Virus record (IMG/VR): IMGVR_UViG_2693429508_000014
Span: 1 to 46,140 of that record
Strand: one strand, 5' to 3'
DNA: 46,140 nucleotides
From: a virus
Lineage: Duplodnaviria; Heunggongvirae; Uroviricota; Caudoviricetes
Position numbers and translations under genes: made by a program. The notes beneath the pieces were generated by a model that was given only the letters and a program-made list of their open reading frames with translations, did not search any database and had not been told where the DNA came from. Positions 1-7,984 of the stretch are shown piece after piece; the first letter of the stretch is position 1; every line of letters begins with the position of its first letter.

Positions 1-1056
1 TTACAAATGCTGATTATTGAGTTTTATTGTCTGTAGTGCGTTTTTATCGCCACTATTTTTGGTGTAAATACGATCTAATGGATTGAGCGTTACCGCAGCC
101 TCAAGGTGGTCTGGGGCAAAGTGTGCATATCGCATCGTCATAAGAATCGTACTATGACCTAGTATCTGCTGTAGCACCAAGATATTCCCCCCATTCATCA
201 TAAAGTGGCTTGCAAAGGTATGCCTGAGAACGTGAGTTCGCTGACCTTCCGGCAACTCAATTTTTGCTTTCTTTAGCGCCCAAGTAAAAGCTTCATAGCA
301 ATTTGAAAAGAGACGGCCTCGACGTTTGGGTAACAGCTTCTGGATGTTATCCGAAATCGGGACGGTTCTGTTTTTCTTGCTCTTGGTATTCGTAAATGTG
401 ATCCGTCCCGGTAAAACCTGAGACTGTGTTAATTTTTCAGCCTCACTCCATCTGGCCCCAGTCGCCAGACATACACGAACAACAGAACCAAGATCGGCGT
501 TGCCTGATTCATCGCAAACCGAAAGAAGCCTCTCAATCTCATCTTCATACAGAAATGAGAGTTCGCTTTCACTAACTTTAAAATGGCGCACACCTTCTAA
601 AGGATTTTCACCAGCCCACGCGCCAAGACGCTTTAACTCAGAAAAAACAGCGTGCAAATATGACTGCTCACGATTTACGGTAGCTTCCTTAGTTGGCTTT
701 TTCTTATTAGCACTCCATTCACCTGATAACCGACGCTTCCGGTAAACAGCAAACATATTGCGGTCAAATTCTGAAACGAGCGGATCTCCCATCCTTTCGC
801 AAACAGCCTTCAACTTAGCCTGCCGTTCTTCACCCGTAGTCAATGTTTTACCGTGCATCTCGTACCAAATATCAACAAGCTCAGACAATCGTTTTGAACT
901 ATTAACCACTGAAACATCGGCATGCACCATCAATCGGCGCTCATGAGAAAGCGCCTCACCTTTTGTAGCAAACTGTCTACGAATACGCCTTCCGCTTGCC
1001 CCATATGGATAACATTCACAAAGCCACTTTCCTGATGCGAGTCGCCGAACTGTCAT
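1..1056 (-). CDS. int: Tyrosine integrase, P2 Int family
   Basis: 351-aa ORF. C-terminal catalytic region with HxLRHTFAS...MxYAHF motifs (R-H-R-Y recombinase signature) and N-terminal GKRIRRQF-type segment resembling P2 Int. The window begins exactly at its stop codon. Confidence 0.9.
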   Translation of the reverse strand: MTVRRLASGKWLCECYPYGASGRRIRRQFATKGEALSHERRLMVHADVSVVNSSKRLSELVDIWYEMHGKTLTTGEERQAKLKAVCERMGDPLVSEFDRNMFAVYRKRRLSGEWSANKKKPTKEATVNREQSYLHAVFSELKRLGAWAGENPLEGVRHFKVSESELSFLYEDEIERLLSVCDESGNADLGSVVRVCLATGARWSEAEKLTQSQVLPGRITFTNTKSKKNRTVPISDNIQKLLPKRRGRLFSNCYEAFTWALKKAKIELPEGQRTHVLRHTFASHFMMNGGNILVLQQILGHSTILMTMRYAHFAPDHLEAAVTLNPLDRIYTKNSGDKNALQTIKLNNQHL

Positions 1057-1066
1057 GTCACAACCC

Positions 1067-1324
1067 TCATGAACAATATTTGTCAGGGATTACGCCTAAA
1101 TTTAAAAAATCCAGAAACTCACTTTCAGTTAATATCATAGTTCCTTTTAATGCTGCTATTTCCATTTTTTTCGGACCCGCATTGCGGCCACAGCAAAGAA
1201 TATGAAGATTTGCAGTCACATCATTGCGAACTATCATACCGGCAGAAATTGCAGAATTTTTTAGCCTGTCCTTATCTGTTTTTTTAAAACCAGTAAAACA
1301 AACTTCGAACCACAGATAGGGCAA
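1067..1324 (-). CDS. Small protein with BRCT-like motif; TTG-initiated ORF overlapping an upstream Zn-ribbon ORF in another frame
   Basis: The translation VCFTGFKKTDKDRLKNSAISAGMIVRNDVTANLHILCCGRNAGPKKMEIAALKGTMILTESEFLDFL follows the BRCT pattern as recalled from the NAD-ligase C-terminus. AT-rich. The frame opens right after an in-frame TAA, with no ATG until codon 30. Confidence 0.35.
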   Translation of the reverse strand: MPYLWFEVCFTGFKKTDKDRLKNSAISAGMIVRNDVTANLHILCCGRNAGPKKMEIAALKGTMILTESEFLDFLNLGVIPDKYCS

Positions 1325-1401
1325 TTAGTATCTGTACTAGGTATATAACAATCACATTTTTGGCAATGCACTATTTTCAAAATTTCATTGTGATTTCCCA
1401 T
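1261..1401 (-). CDS. Small Zn-ribbon ORF (46 aa), overlapping the 5' part of the BRCT-like ORF in a different frame
   Basis: ATG 13 nt downstream of the preceding gene's stop. Translation MGNHNEILKIVHCQKCDCYIPSTDTNCPICGSK... has CxxC-(x10)-CPxC spacing. Confidence 0.3.
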   Translation of the reverse strand: MGNHNEILKIVHCQKCDCYIPSTDTNCPICGSKFVLLVLKKQIRTG

Positions 1402-1413
1402 AGCTATCTCACT

Positions 1414-2088
1414 TCATATTTTTGAAACGATTTCGCCCACAACAAAACCAACAACAAATACGATAATGAACACTAAATAATGCGTTGTCAGCATTTTAAT
1501 AAATGGTGTTCTATTAACAGAATTACTAGTTCTGATGTTGTCATTAAAGGAAACAGACATATCCTCTTTACATTCAGGTGAAACAATGGGAGCTGTTTTT
1601 TCTATCCACTCATAAATTTCAACGAGTTGATTGTGGCTTAATTCATCCAGCCGTGTGTTTTTGTAATAAATACTACAATGTTCATTCAGTTTATGGCGCA
1701 AATCCTGCGCCTCTGTTTTATTCAAGATCTTAGCGACAAGAACTTTTTTTGTTTTCTTCTCCTTACTTTCTGCCAGTAAATCGTTGAGGAATTTTAACGC
1801 AACCTTGTACTGACTACCTGATATCTCACTCACACCGTTCACGCCAAGTTCAGCGTGCAACTTTACCCAAACTGGCGCTGTTTCTGTGTTTTCAGACTCA
1901 GCTACAGCATTTACAAGTTTTCGAATGCTGATACGTTGGGACTTTACTAACGGGCGCTCTTCGCCCGCCTTAGCTGAAACATTGATATTGATTGTCTGGC
2001 TACTATCCAAACTCTCAATCTGGACGTTATTTTCTTTATAATCACGCCCTGCAATTTTATTTTTATCCCCGTTCAAGTTTAAATCCAT
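1414..2088 (-). CDS. Hypothetical C-terminally membrane-anchored protein (224 aa); AT-rich cargo gene
   Basis: ATG at 2088 preceded by GAGGAAGG Shine-Dalgarno, 21 nt after the repressor stop (co-transcribed). Hydrophobic C-terminus YLVFIIVFVVGFVVGEIV. Low GC versus the flanking phage genes. Confidence 0.6.
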   Translation of the reverse strand: MDLNLNGDKNKIAGRDYKENNVQIESLDSSQTININVSAKAGEERPLVKSQRISIRKLVNAVAESENTETAPVWVKLHAELGVNGVSEISGSQYKVALKFLNDLLAESKEKKTKKVLVAKILNKTEAQDLRHKLNEHCSIYYKNTRLDELSHNQLVEIYEWIEKTAPIVSPECKEDMSVSFNDNIRTSNSVNRTPFIKMLTTHYLVFIIVFVVGFVVGEIVSKI

Positions 2089-2109
2089 ACCCAGCCTTCC
2101 TCTCACTAC

Positions 2110-2493
2110 TTACTTTTTCTTTTCGTGATAATCCCCGCCCGCTACACGGTTACTGTTGCCTGATACGTTGACAGAAACAGAAGCAGAACTACCGGCTGTA
2201 AGAGCTGCCAATGCTGCAGCTTTAACGGCCAATGGAGCAGAACGATAAAGCGACAAAAGCTCACTTTCATCATTACTCAATGCCGACATAGAGCGCTCAC
2301 CAACCACAACATATTGAATATCAAGACCAAACTTGGACAAAAGAGCTAAGTAAACAGAATCAGGGGAACTATCGCCCTTTTCATATTTGATCTGAGTCCA
2401 CTTTTTAACCCCTCCCATATCCCCCATAGCAGCCTGACTCAACCCTAGCCTTTCTCTTTCTTCCTTCAAACGCGCGCCAATTGATATTTTCAC
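2110..2493 (-). CDS. Prophage immunity repressor, XRE-type HTH (C/CI-like)
   Basis: N-terminal HTH ISIGARLKEERERLGLSQAAMG. Probable GTG start at 2493 with AAGGGG Shine-Dalgarno (the ORF track's longer N-terminus uses an upstream alternative start). Divergent from the cox-like genes. No S24 peptidase-like C-terminal domain seen. Confidence 0.7.
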   Translation of the reverse strand: MKISIGARLKEERERLGLSQAAMGDMGGVKKWTQIKYEKGDSSPDSVYLALLSKFGLDIQYVVVGERSMSALSNDESELLSLYRSAPLAVKAAALAALTAGSSASVSVNVSGNSNRVAGGDYHEKKK

Positions 2494-2570
2494 ACCAAAC
2501 CCCTTGACAGGTGTGTTTTTCCACACCACAATATTATTAACGAACTGATAGAGGATCACAATATATCACT
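2494..2570. promoter_or_regulatory. Divergent lysis-lysogeny switch region between the repressor and the rightward early genes
   Basis: Intergenic region between divergently oriented repressor and early operon. TTGACA at 2504-2509 with a weak -10-like CACAAT 17 nt downstream. Operators not resolved. Confidence 0.3.
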
Positions 2571-2777
2571 ATGAATCAAGAACAACACACTCATAAGTCA
2601 CGATTGCCTAAAGGTGCCTTCAAAGGCAGGCCGATCGCCCTGCGTCTGACACCAGAAGTTCGTAAGACTGTAGAGGACCTGGCAAAGAAAGAGCTTCGCA
2701 CTGACTGCAATATGGCCCACGTCATTTTCATGCGCGGACTTGAGATCATCACTCAGGAGGGAGAAGAAAAAGAATGA
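2571..2777 (+). CDS. Small early regulator, possible ribbon-helix-helix (Cro/Apl-like position)
   Basis: 68 aa. GRPIALRLTPEVRKTVEDLAKKE resembles an RHH beta-strand plus helix. First gene of the rightward early operon. Confidence 0.45.
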   Translation: MNQEQHTHKSRLPKGAFKGRPIALRLTPEVRKTVEDLAKKELRTDCNMAHVIFMRGLEIITQEGEEKE

Positions 2778-2977
2778 GTAACATAACTATCAACATTAAC
2801 ATACCTACAGCCTACGTCCGCTTGGAGAAATACGCGGAAATGACAGGTACACCAATCGGCACATGTAGGGGAATGGTTCGCGATGGACGGATTATTATCC
2901 GTCCAAAAGAAAAAGCTAAAGACGCTATTGAGGTAAATCTCGTAGCCATGCTGAAAGATGCCATTGCGAATAGCTGA
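2774..2977 (+). CDS. Cox-like excisionase / transcriptional regulator
   Basis: 67 aa. AYVRLEKYAEMTGTPIGTCRGMVRDGRIII resembles the HTH region of P2 Cox as recalled. ATGA overlap with the upstream gene. Confidence 0.45.
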   Translation: MSNITININIPTAYVRLEKYAEMTGTPIGTCRGMVRDGRIIIRPKEKAKDAIEVNLVAMLKDAIANS

Positions 2978-3274
2978 ACTTGCAGCCATGAGCAAAACAC
3001 TAATATATATTTCAATCAAATACATGATTATACCTGTTCTAGCCATGCTGGCATCGCTGATTATTATAACTTTTAACAGGGCTTAATCATGTTCAACCCA
3101 AAAAACCTGCTTGCAGGCATAACAGGGGGATTGCGATCATCTGTTTAGGTATAGTTTGGTTACTACAACCATTAAATTTATCACCAGTTATATTTTTAAC
3201 ATGATATTAAAAATGAACACATTAATTAAAACCCAAAGGTTTCATTAAAAACATCAAGATTTGAAGGTGTTGAT

Positions 3275-3469
3275 ATGACTGGCTTCACTCAAACAAAAGA
3301 CTTATACAGCAATTTACGCATCATCATCATGCAACAACAATCAGGCCGGCTGGCTCCCACACGGGCAAGCCATGCCTGGAAAATGGCACTGACCAATCAG
3401 GACGTCAATGTAATTAGCGAAGTTCTGGCTGAAATGATTTTTAAGCTGACAATAAACGAGTCACTGTAA
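3275..3469 (+). CDS. Hypothetical early protein
   Basis: 64-aa ORF with GAAGGTG Shine-Dalgarno 8 nt upstream. Confidence 0.4.
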   Translation: MTGFTQTKDLYSNLRIIIMQQQSGRLAPTRASHAWKMALTNQDVNVISEVLAEMIFKLTINESL

Positions 3470-3497
3470 CTACCGTCACACAAGGACCAGTAGAAAT

Positions 3498-3848
3498 ATG
3501 AAACAACAACTCAATTCTTCACAGCAGCGCTTCCGCAACGGCGCAGAACGCTATGCCAACCGTTTCGCTACCAGCGCATCACGCAGCAACACCCGCTACA
3601 GCCTGAGCGAGACACACGCCACACCTGACGGTCATGCCGTAAAACAGACCGGCAATCATTCCTGGCTGGTTGAGAAAGCAGGCATCGTGATCCACAAATG
3701 CCCGCGCAATCCGATCACCGGCAATCACATTTTTACCCTGAGCCGCGGTGATAATCAGTTCGGGCAGGATTTCACATTATACGAAGCCCTGCGCACCGTT
3801 GATCGCCTTCTTTGCGGAGGGAATTTTATTAAACAGGCTGAGTTATAG
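3498..3848 (+). CDS. Hypothetical early protein
   Basis: 116-aa ORF with AAGGA ribosome-binding site; same strand as the early operon. Confidence 0.5.
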   Translation: MKQQLNSSQQRFRNGAERYANRFATSASRSNTRYSLSETHATPDGHAVKQTGNHSWLVEKAGIVIHKCPRNPITGNHIFTLSRGDNQFGQDFTLYEALRTVDRLLCGGNFIKQAEL

Positions 3849-3890
3849 CAGCGGGTTTATCGCCGGTTATTTTTTAACGAGGACTCTGTT

Positions 3891-4133
3891 ATGAGAAAAC
3901 ACACGGCAGAACAGGTAAACGAATTTCTACAGGGATATTACTTCGATAACGAAATTAATCCCCGCGCCAGAAAAACACACTTCGAAGTAATGAAGTGCGG
4001 AATATTCAGCGTCCGCAACACCCTGTTTTGTTCAAAAGATACGGGAGCCAGCGAGGACCTTAAAGAACTTAACCGGATGGCGAAACAATTAACGGATGGC
4101 ATGGTTCCCGAACCCGCAATAATTACGGAGTAA
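3891..4133 (+). CDS. Hypothetical early protein
   Basis: 80-aa ORF with GAGGA Shine-Dalgarno. Confidence 0.5.
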   Translation: MRKHTAEQVNEFLQGYYFDNEINPRARKTHFEVMKCGIFSVRNTLFCSKDTGASEDLKELNRMAKQLTDGMVPEPAIITE

Positions 4134-4138
4134 TCACG

Positions 4139-4351
4139 ATGAATTTCAGTTATTCATTCAGTGTACCGGAGTCGTTATTTGTTATCACACTGATTGCAGC
4201 CGCAATGTTTTTTGCCATCTGCATACTGACACTTATTGATACATGGCGGGAAATACGCGACAGACGTCGTCAGAAAAAAAAACGGGATGCATATAACGCA
4301 TTTATTCAGCACAAAGAAGAAGTAGAGCGTAAAGCACGCCGCCGTCTTTAG
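4139..4351 (+). CDS. Small single-pass membrane protein, basic C-terminus
   Basis: 70 aa. Hydrophobic segment LFVITLIAAAMFFAICILTLI followed by an R/K-rich tail. GGAG Shine-Dalgarno. Confidence 0.5.
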   Translation: MNFSYSFSVPESLFVITLIAAAMFFAICILTLIDTWREIRDRRRQKKKRDAYNAFIQHKEEVERKARRRL

Positions 4352-4422
4352 TTAATTAACCGGTTCCGTTAATACACCGCTCACGCGGCGGAATTCGCAC
4401 AATCTGAATAAGGGAAATAAAA

Positions 4423-5055
4423 ATGATTAATCCGACACTCACCCTCAAAGATAAAGCCCTTGCGGGCGCAATGTTTTTACGCAACTACGCCGCAATGATG
4501 GCTGACACTGACAACCCGATGATGGTGCTGTCAGTGGAGCCTCACCTTATCGCCGCAGACGCAATTGAACAGGTGGTACAGGAAAACACCTGTCTGAGAA
4601 ATCAGCTTGCCACCCTTCAGACAGCAGCTGACCCGGCAAAGGAAAGTGCTGAACACACCTGCCACACCACATTCATCAAAGGGACCCGCGTATGTCTGAA
4701 AAACAGTCCGCAGCAACGCGGAACGGTCGTTGACACCCGCACCAGTAGCCCCGCCATTGACCGGGTTTTCGTCCGTTTCGATTCCCCCTTCGAGGAAGAC
4801 CGCTGGGTAAAGACCAGAAACCTGGAAATAACCCCGACAAATGAAGCTGATTATCCCTGCGCGACACCGCAAAAACCGGATGAAGCCAGGGGGAAAGCCG
4901 GAGCGGGCAGCAAGGGCGGCATACCGTCGCCTGCTGAAGGGGGACCGGTCACACGTGCGACGACTGGAGCGGGTACCGCCCGCCCGCGTCATCAACGTCA
5001 TGTACCGTTACCGGCTGTTAAGTCTGGACGAAGGCCGGACATGGGTACTGCTTAA
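4423..5055 (+). CDS. Hypothetical early protein; 3' end uncertain (probably ends or changes frame near 4830-4880)
   Basis: 210-aa ORF whose last ~65 residues are low-complexity G/A/P/R-rich, typical of an out-of-frame read. A protein-like alternative frame overlaps (4880..5098). Confidence 0.4.
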   Translation: MINPTLTLKDKALAGAMFLRNYAAMMADTDNPMMVLSVEPHLIAADAIEQVVQENTCLRNQLATLQTAADPAKESAEHTCHTTFIKGTRVCLKNSPQQRGTVVDTRTSSPAIDRVFVRFDSPFEEDRWVKTRNLEITPTNEADYPCATPQKPDEARGKAGAGSKGGIPSPAEGGPVTRATTGAGTARPRHQRHVPLPAVKSGRRPDMGTA

Positions 5056-5098
5056 CCATAACGAATACGTGAAGAGGATAAGACGATGTTACAGATGA
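4880..5098 (+). CDS. Hypothetical small basic protein (start uncertain)
   Basis: Protein-like frame ...RLERVPPARVINVMYRYRLLSLDEGRTWVLLNHNEYVKR. Its stop overlaps the downstream ATG (translational coupling). Confidence 0.35.
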   Translation: MKPGGKPERAARAAYRRLLKGDRSHVRRLERVPPARVINVMYRYRLLSLDEGRTWVLLNHNEYVKRIRRCYR

Positions 5099-5616
5099 AA
5101 TTTAAGCCCTGCTTTATTGACGCATTCCGCAACGGACGCAAGACCACATCCCTTCGCCCGACGGGGTTTGATTGCTACCAGGCGGGCCAGGAGTCAGCAG
5201 AATATTTTCATGAAGACACCCTGACCCGCAACATCGTTCTTCCCGATTACAGCGCCGGCGGTACCCTGGTTTTTGAGGAGGGAACCACATTTACCCGCGC
5301 ATCAGACTTTGCCGGACTCCTGAAAAGACAGCCCTACCGGCAGTATGACAACATTCATCTGGTCACAGAAAACAAGAACGGCGAAACCGTGCCGTTCGCC
5401 GTGGCCTTCATTGCCGATATCGGTGTAATACAGGGCCGCCAGATAACCGATGAAGTGGCCGTCAGGGACGGCTTTAACCCTGAAAACCATCCCCGCGACG
5501 AACTCTTTGCATTCATGCGGGACACCTGCCACATAGAAAACCCCAAAAACGAAACCTACTGGCGGTACACCTTCACCCACATCGTGATGTTGTCGCAGTG
5601 GAGGGCTGACGCATGA
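5086..5616 (+). CDS. ASCH-domain (PUA-like fold) protein
   Basis: N-terminus KFKPCFIDAFRNGRKTTSLRP matches the ASCH pattern F...I..G.KT.T.R as recalled. Translationally coupled to neighbours. Confidence 0.5.
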   Translation: MLQMKFKPCFIDAFRNGRKTTSLRPTGFDCYQAGQESAEYFHEDTLTRNIVLPDYSAGGTLVFEEGTTFTRASDFAGLLKRQPYRQYDNIHLVTENKNGETVPFAVAFIADIGVIQGRQITDEVAVRDGFNPENHPRDELFAFMRDTCHIENPKNETYWRYTFTHIVMLSQWRADA

Positions 5617-5852
5617 AACCCGCCATTATCTGCATTCTGTGCGAGAGCACTGTCACCGGCGACCATTACCGCATCAGGGAACGCCACATCAACCCTGACC
5701 GTTCGCTGCTGGACAACATCACCGGCCCGGATGATGAACGCGTGATCTGCCTGAACGACGGCTCGCAGTTACGCGTGCGCAATATCCGGCGCGAAATCAC
5801 GCTCGAACCCACCCCATTCACACGCGGGAAAAAACCGGAGAGTGACGCATGA
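5613..5852 (+). CDS. Hypothetical protein
   Basis: 79-aa ORF with ATGA overlaps on both sides. Confidence 0.45.
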   Translation: MKPAIICILCESTVTGDHYRIRERHINPDRSLLDNITGPDDERVICLNDGSQLRVRNIRREITLEPTPFTRGKKPESDA

Positions 5853-6811
5853 AAGGTATTCTGAACCAGCGCTCACCGCTCAAATGGGCGGGCGGCAAAT
5901 TCAGTATCATGCCGCAGCTGCGCGAATATTTACCCAAAGCCGCCTGCCTGATCGAACCCTTCGTGGGCGGCGGCTCGGTCTTCATGAACACGGATTATGA
6001 CTATTACGTATTGTGTGACAGCAACCCCACGCTGATTAATTTCTACCAGCAACTGACGACCAACACCACGGAATTAATGGATCGTGCATGGTCGCTCTTT
6101 AAGGATGGCGGCACACCGGAAGCCTACAAACGCCATCGCGGGGCATTTAACACCATCGCGCTGGCCACCGACAGATTACGCGGCGAATCCCTGGAATGGG
6201 CAGCGCTGTTTCTGTACCTGAACCGCCATTGCTTTAACGGCCTGTACCGCACCAACCAAAAAGGCGAATTCAATGTGCCATTCGGCAAACACCGCATGCC
6301 TTATTTCCCCTGCCAGGAAATGCGCCTGTTTGCTGATAAAGCCAACGAGACCCGGACCCGCTTTATTCACGCGGATTTCCGTACAGCCTTCACAATGCCG
6401 GCTGAGATCCGCCGTTTTTCTTCGGTGCACGACGATATCGCCATTTACTGCGATCCGCCCTACCTGCCACCGGACGGTAAAGAGGCGTTCACTCACTACA
6501 ACGGCCGGGCATTTACCCGCAAAGACCACCGTGACCTTGCGGCGCTCATGATGAACGCCTGGCAGCGTTACGGTATCCGCCCGGTGGTCTCCAACAGTGA
6601 CACCACCGAAACCCGGCAAATCTATTCCTCGTTTGAGCTGCACACCCTGAGCGTTCGCCGCTCTGTTGCTGCCAGCAGCAGCGCACGCCAGCAGGCAAAA
6701 GAGGTAATTGGTGTTTATCCGCCAGCCCATAAAAGCCAGCTCCGGGACGTCAATGTGGGCTGGCCGTCTCCCCTTCACGCTCCACACCCCACCACGGAGA
6801 TCATGCAATGA
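5849..6811 (+). CDS. DNA adenine methyltransferase, Dam family (N6-adenine, D12 class), orphan
   Basis: 320 aa. LKWAGGKF N-terminus, EPFVGGGSVFMN (motif I) and CDPPYLPP (DPPY motif IV), with overall collinearity to E. coli Dam as recalled. No adjacent restriction endonuclease. Confidence 0.9.
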   Translation: MKGILNQRSPLKWAGGKFSIMPQLREYLPKAACLIEPFVGGGSVFMNTDYDYYVLCDSNPTLINFYQQLTTNTTELMDRAWSLFKDGGTPEAYKRHRGAFNTIALATDRLRGESLEWAALFLYLNRHCFNGLYRTNQKGEFNVPFGKHRMPYFPCQEMRLFADKANETRTRFIHADFRTAFTMPAEIRRFSSVHDDIAIYCDPPYLPPDGKEAFTHYNGRAFTRKDHRDLAALMMNAWQRYGIRPVVSNSDTTETRQIYSSFELHTLSVRRSVAASSSARQQAKEVIGVYPPAHKSQLRDVNVGWPSPLHAPHPTTEIMQ

Positions 6812-7119
6812 CCGTTATCTATATCGCCGGCCCCATGACGGGAAAGCCTGATTTCAACCGCACCGCCTTCACCATGACAGCGACCCGCCTGAGGATGCAG
6901 GGCCATACCGTACTCAACCCCGCAACACTCCCTGACGGGCTGAGATACAGGGACTACATGCTTATCGGGAGCGCCATGCTGCACTGTGCCGATGTGATTT
7001 ACCTGCTGGATGGCTGGGAGGACTCGCCGGGGGCAAAAGAGGAACACGCCACCGCCCTGAAACTGAATCTGATCATCTCCACACCAGAAAGCCGTAAGGA
7101 GGCCAAATCATGTTTCTGA
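6808..7119 (+). CDS. DUF4406 / nucleoside 2-deoxyribosyltransferase-like protein
   Basis: 103 aa. N-terminus MTVIYIAGPMTGKPDFNRTAF...VLNPA matches the DUF4406 pattern as recalled. ATGA overlap with the methylase gene. Confidence 0.5.
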   Translation: MTVIYIAGPMTGKPDFNRTAFTMTATRLRMQGHTVLNPATLPDGLRYRDYMLIGSAMLHCADVIYLLDGWEDSPGAKEEHATALKLNLIISTPESRKEAKSCF

Positions 7120-7664
7120 AACCAATGGGGGGACCAGGTAAAGCACCGAAGCACGTCAGTGCATGGACACAACAGGAAGACGAACTGCTTATCTCGCTTT
7201 ATCAGGATCACAGCACATGGCAAATGGCTGAACGACTTCAGCGAACCCGCAGCGCAGTGATGCACCGGATTCTTTTTTTACGTAATCGCGGGTTGATTGG
7301 TCGCAAGAAAAAAGCACCGCTGAGTGCAGAAGCCATCGCCTTTCTCATCAAAAACCGTCACGCAAAAACCGCACGGGAACTGGCCCGGAAGGCGGGATGC
7401 AGCGAGTGCACCGTGAGGTACACACTGCATAAACGGGGTTACAGCCTTAAGAAATGCGGCGAGAGCCACCATTGCACCAGATACAGCGATCGTCTGGCTG
7501 AGCTGGTTACGGAGCTACGCGACAGACGCAACATGACGTTCTGCATAATCGCGAAACACATCAACATCACGATGCAAATGCACATCAGCGATGATACGGC
7601 GTTTCACCTCTACAACCGCCGGACCGCCGCCGACGCCCTGTTGTACGAACTGCTGCCGAACTGA
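7110..7664 (+). CDS. DNA-binding protein with GcrA-like / Myb-type HTH
   Basis: 184 aa. WTQQEDELLISLYQDHSTWQMAERLQRTRSAVMHRILFL resembles the GcrA N-terminal HTH. A second HTH-like segment is TARELARKAGCSECTVRYTL. Overlaps the upstream gene by 10 nt. Confidence 0.45.
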   Translation: MFLKPMGGPGKAPKHVSAWTQQEDELLISLYQDHSTWQMAERLQRTRSAVMHRILFLRNRGLIGRKKKAPLSAEAIAFLIKNRHAKTARELARKAGCSECTVRYTLHKRGYSLKKCGESHHCTRYSDRLAELVTELRDRRNMTFCIIAKHINITMQMHISDDTAFHLYNRRTAADALLYELLPN

Positions 7665-7784
7665 GTGATCATCATGCACACACAAAAAAACCGCTTGCCA
7701 TGTCGCAATCAGTCAGGTTACATTTCCGCTGCACCTCATAAAACGGGTGCCGGGATTGAGACCCCGCTGACAAACATAGCGCAC

Positions 7785-7806
7785 AACCGCGCCAGCGGTT
7801 TTTTTG
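7785..7806 (+). terminator. Putative rho-independent terminator of the early operon
   Basis: AACCGC-GCCA-GCGGTT hairpin followed by a T7 run. Confidence 0.4.
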
Positions 7807-7984
7807 TGCGTACTGTATCGCCACATCTTTTTCGCACACGAATTATGGTGGGGCGTACGGGGCCGACTTCGGTCGGGCCGGGTTCTATGTTTGCCGGTAG
7901 TCTCAACCCTGTACGTCTCGCCACCCCGAGTTTGAGACCTCTGGATGGTGAGTTTTCAAAACTTACACACATAGAGGCCACATC

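Noticed and set aside
6176-6808. 210-aa minus-strand ORF
   Set aside because: Antisense within the Dam methylase gene; no independent support.
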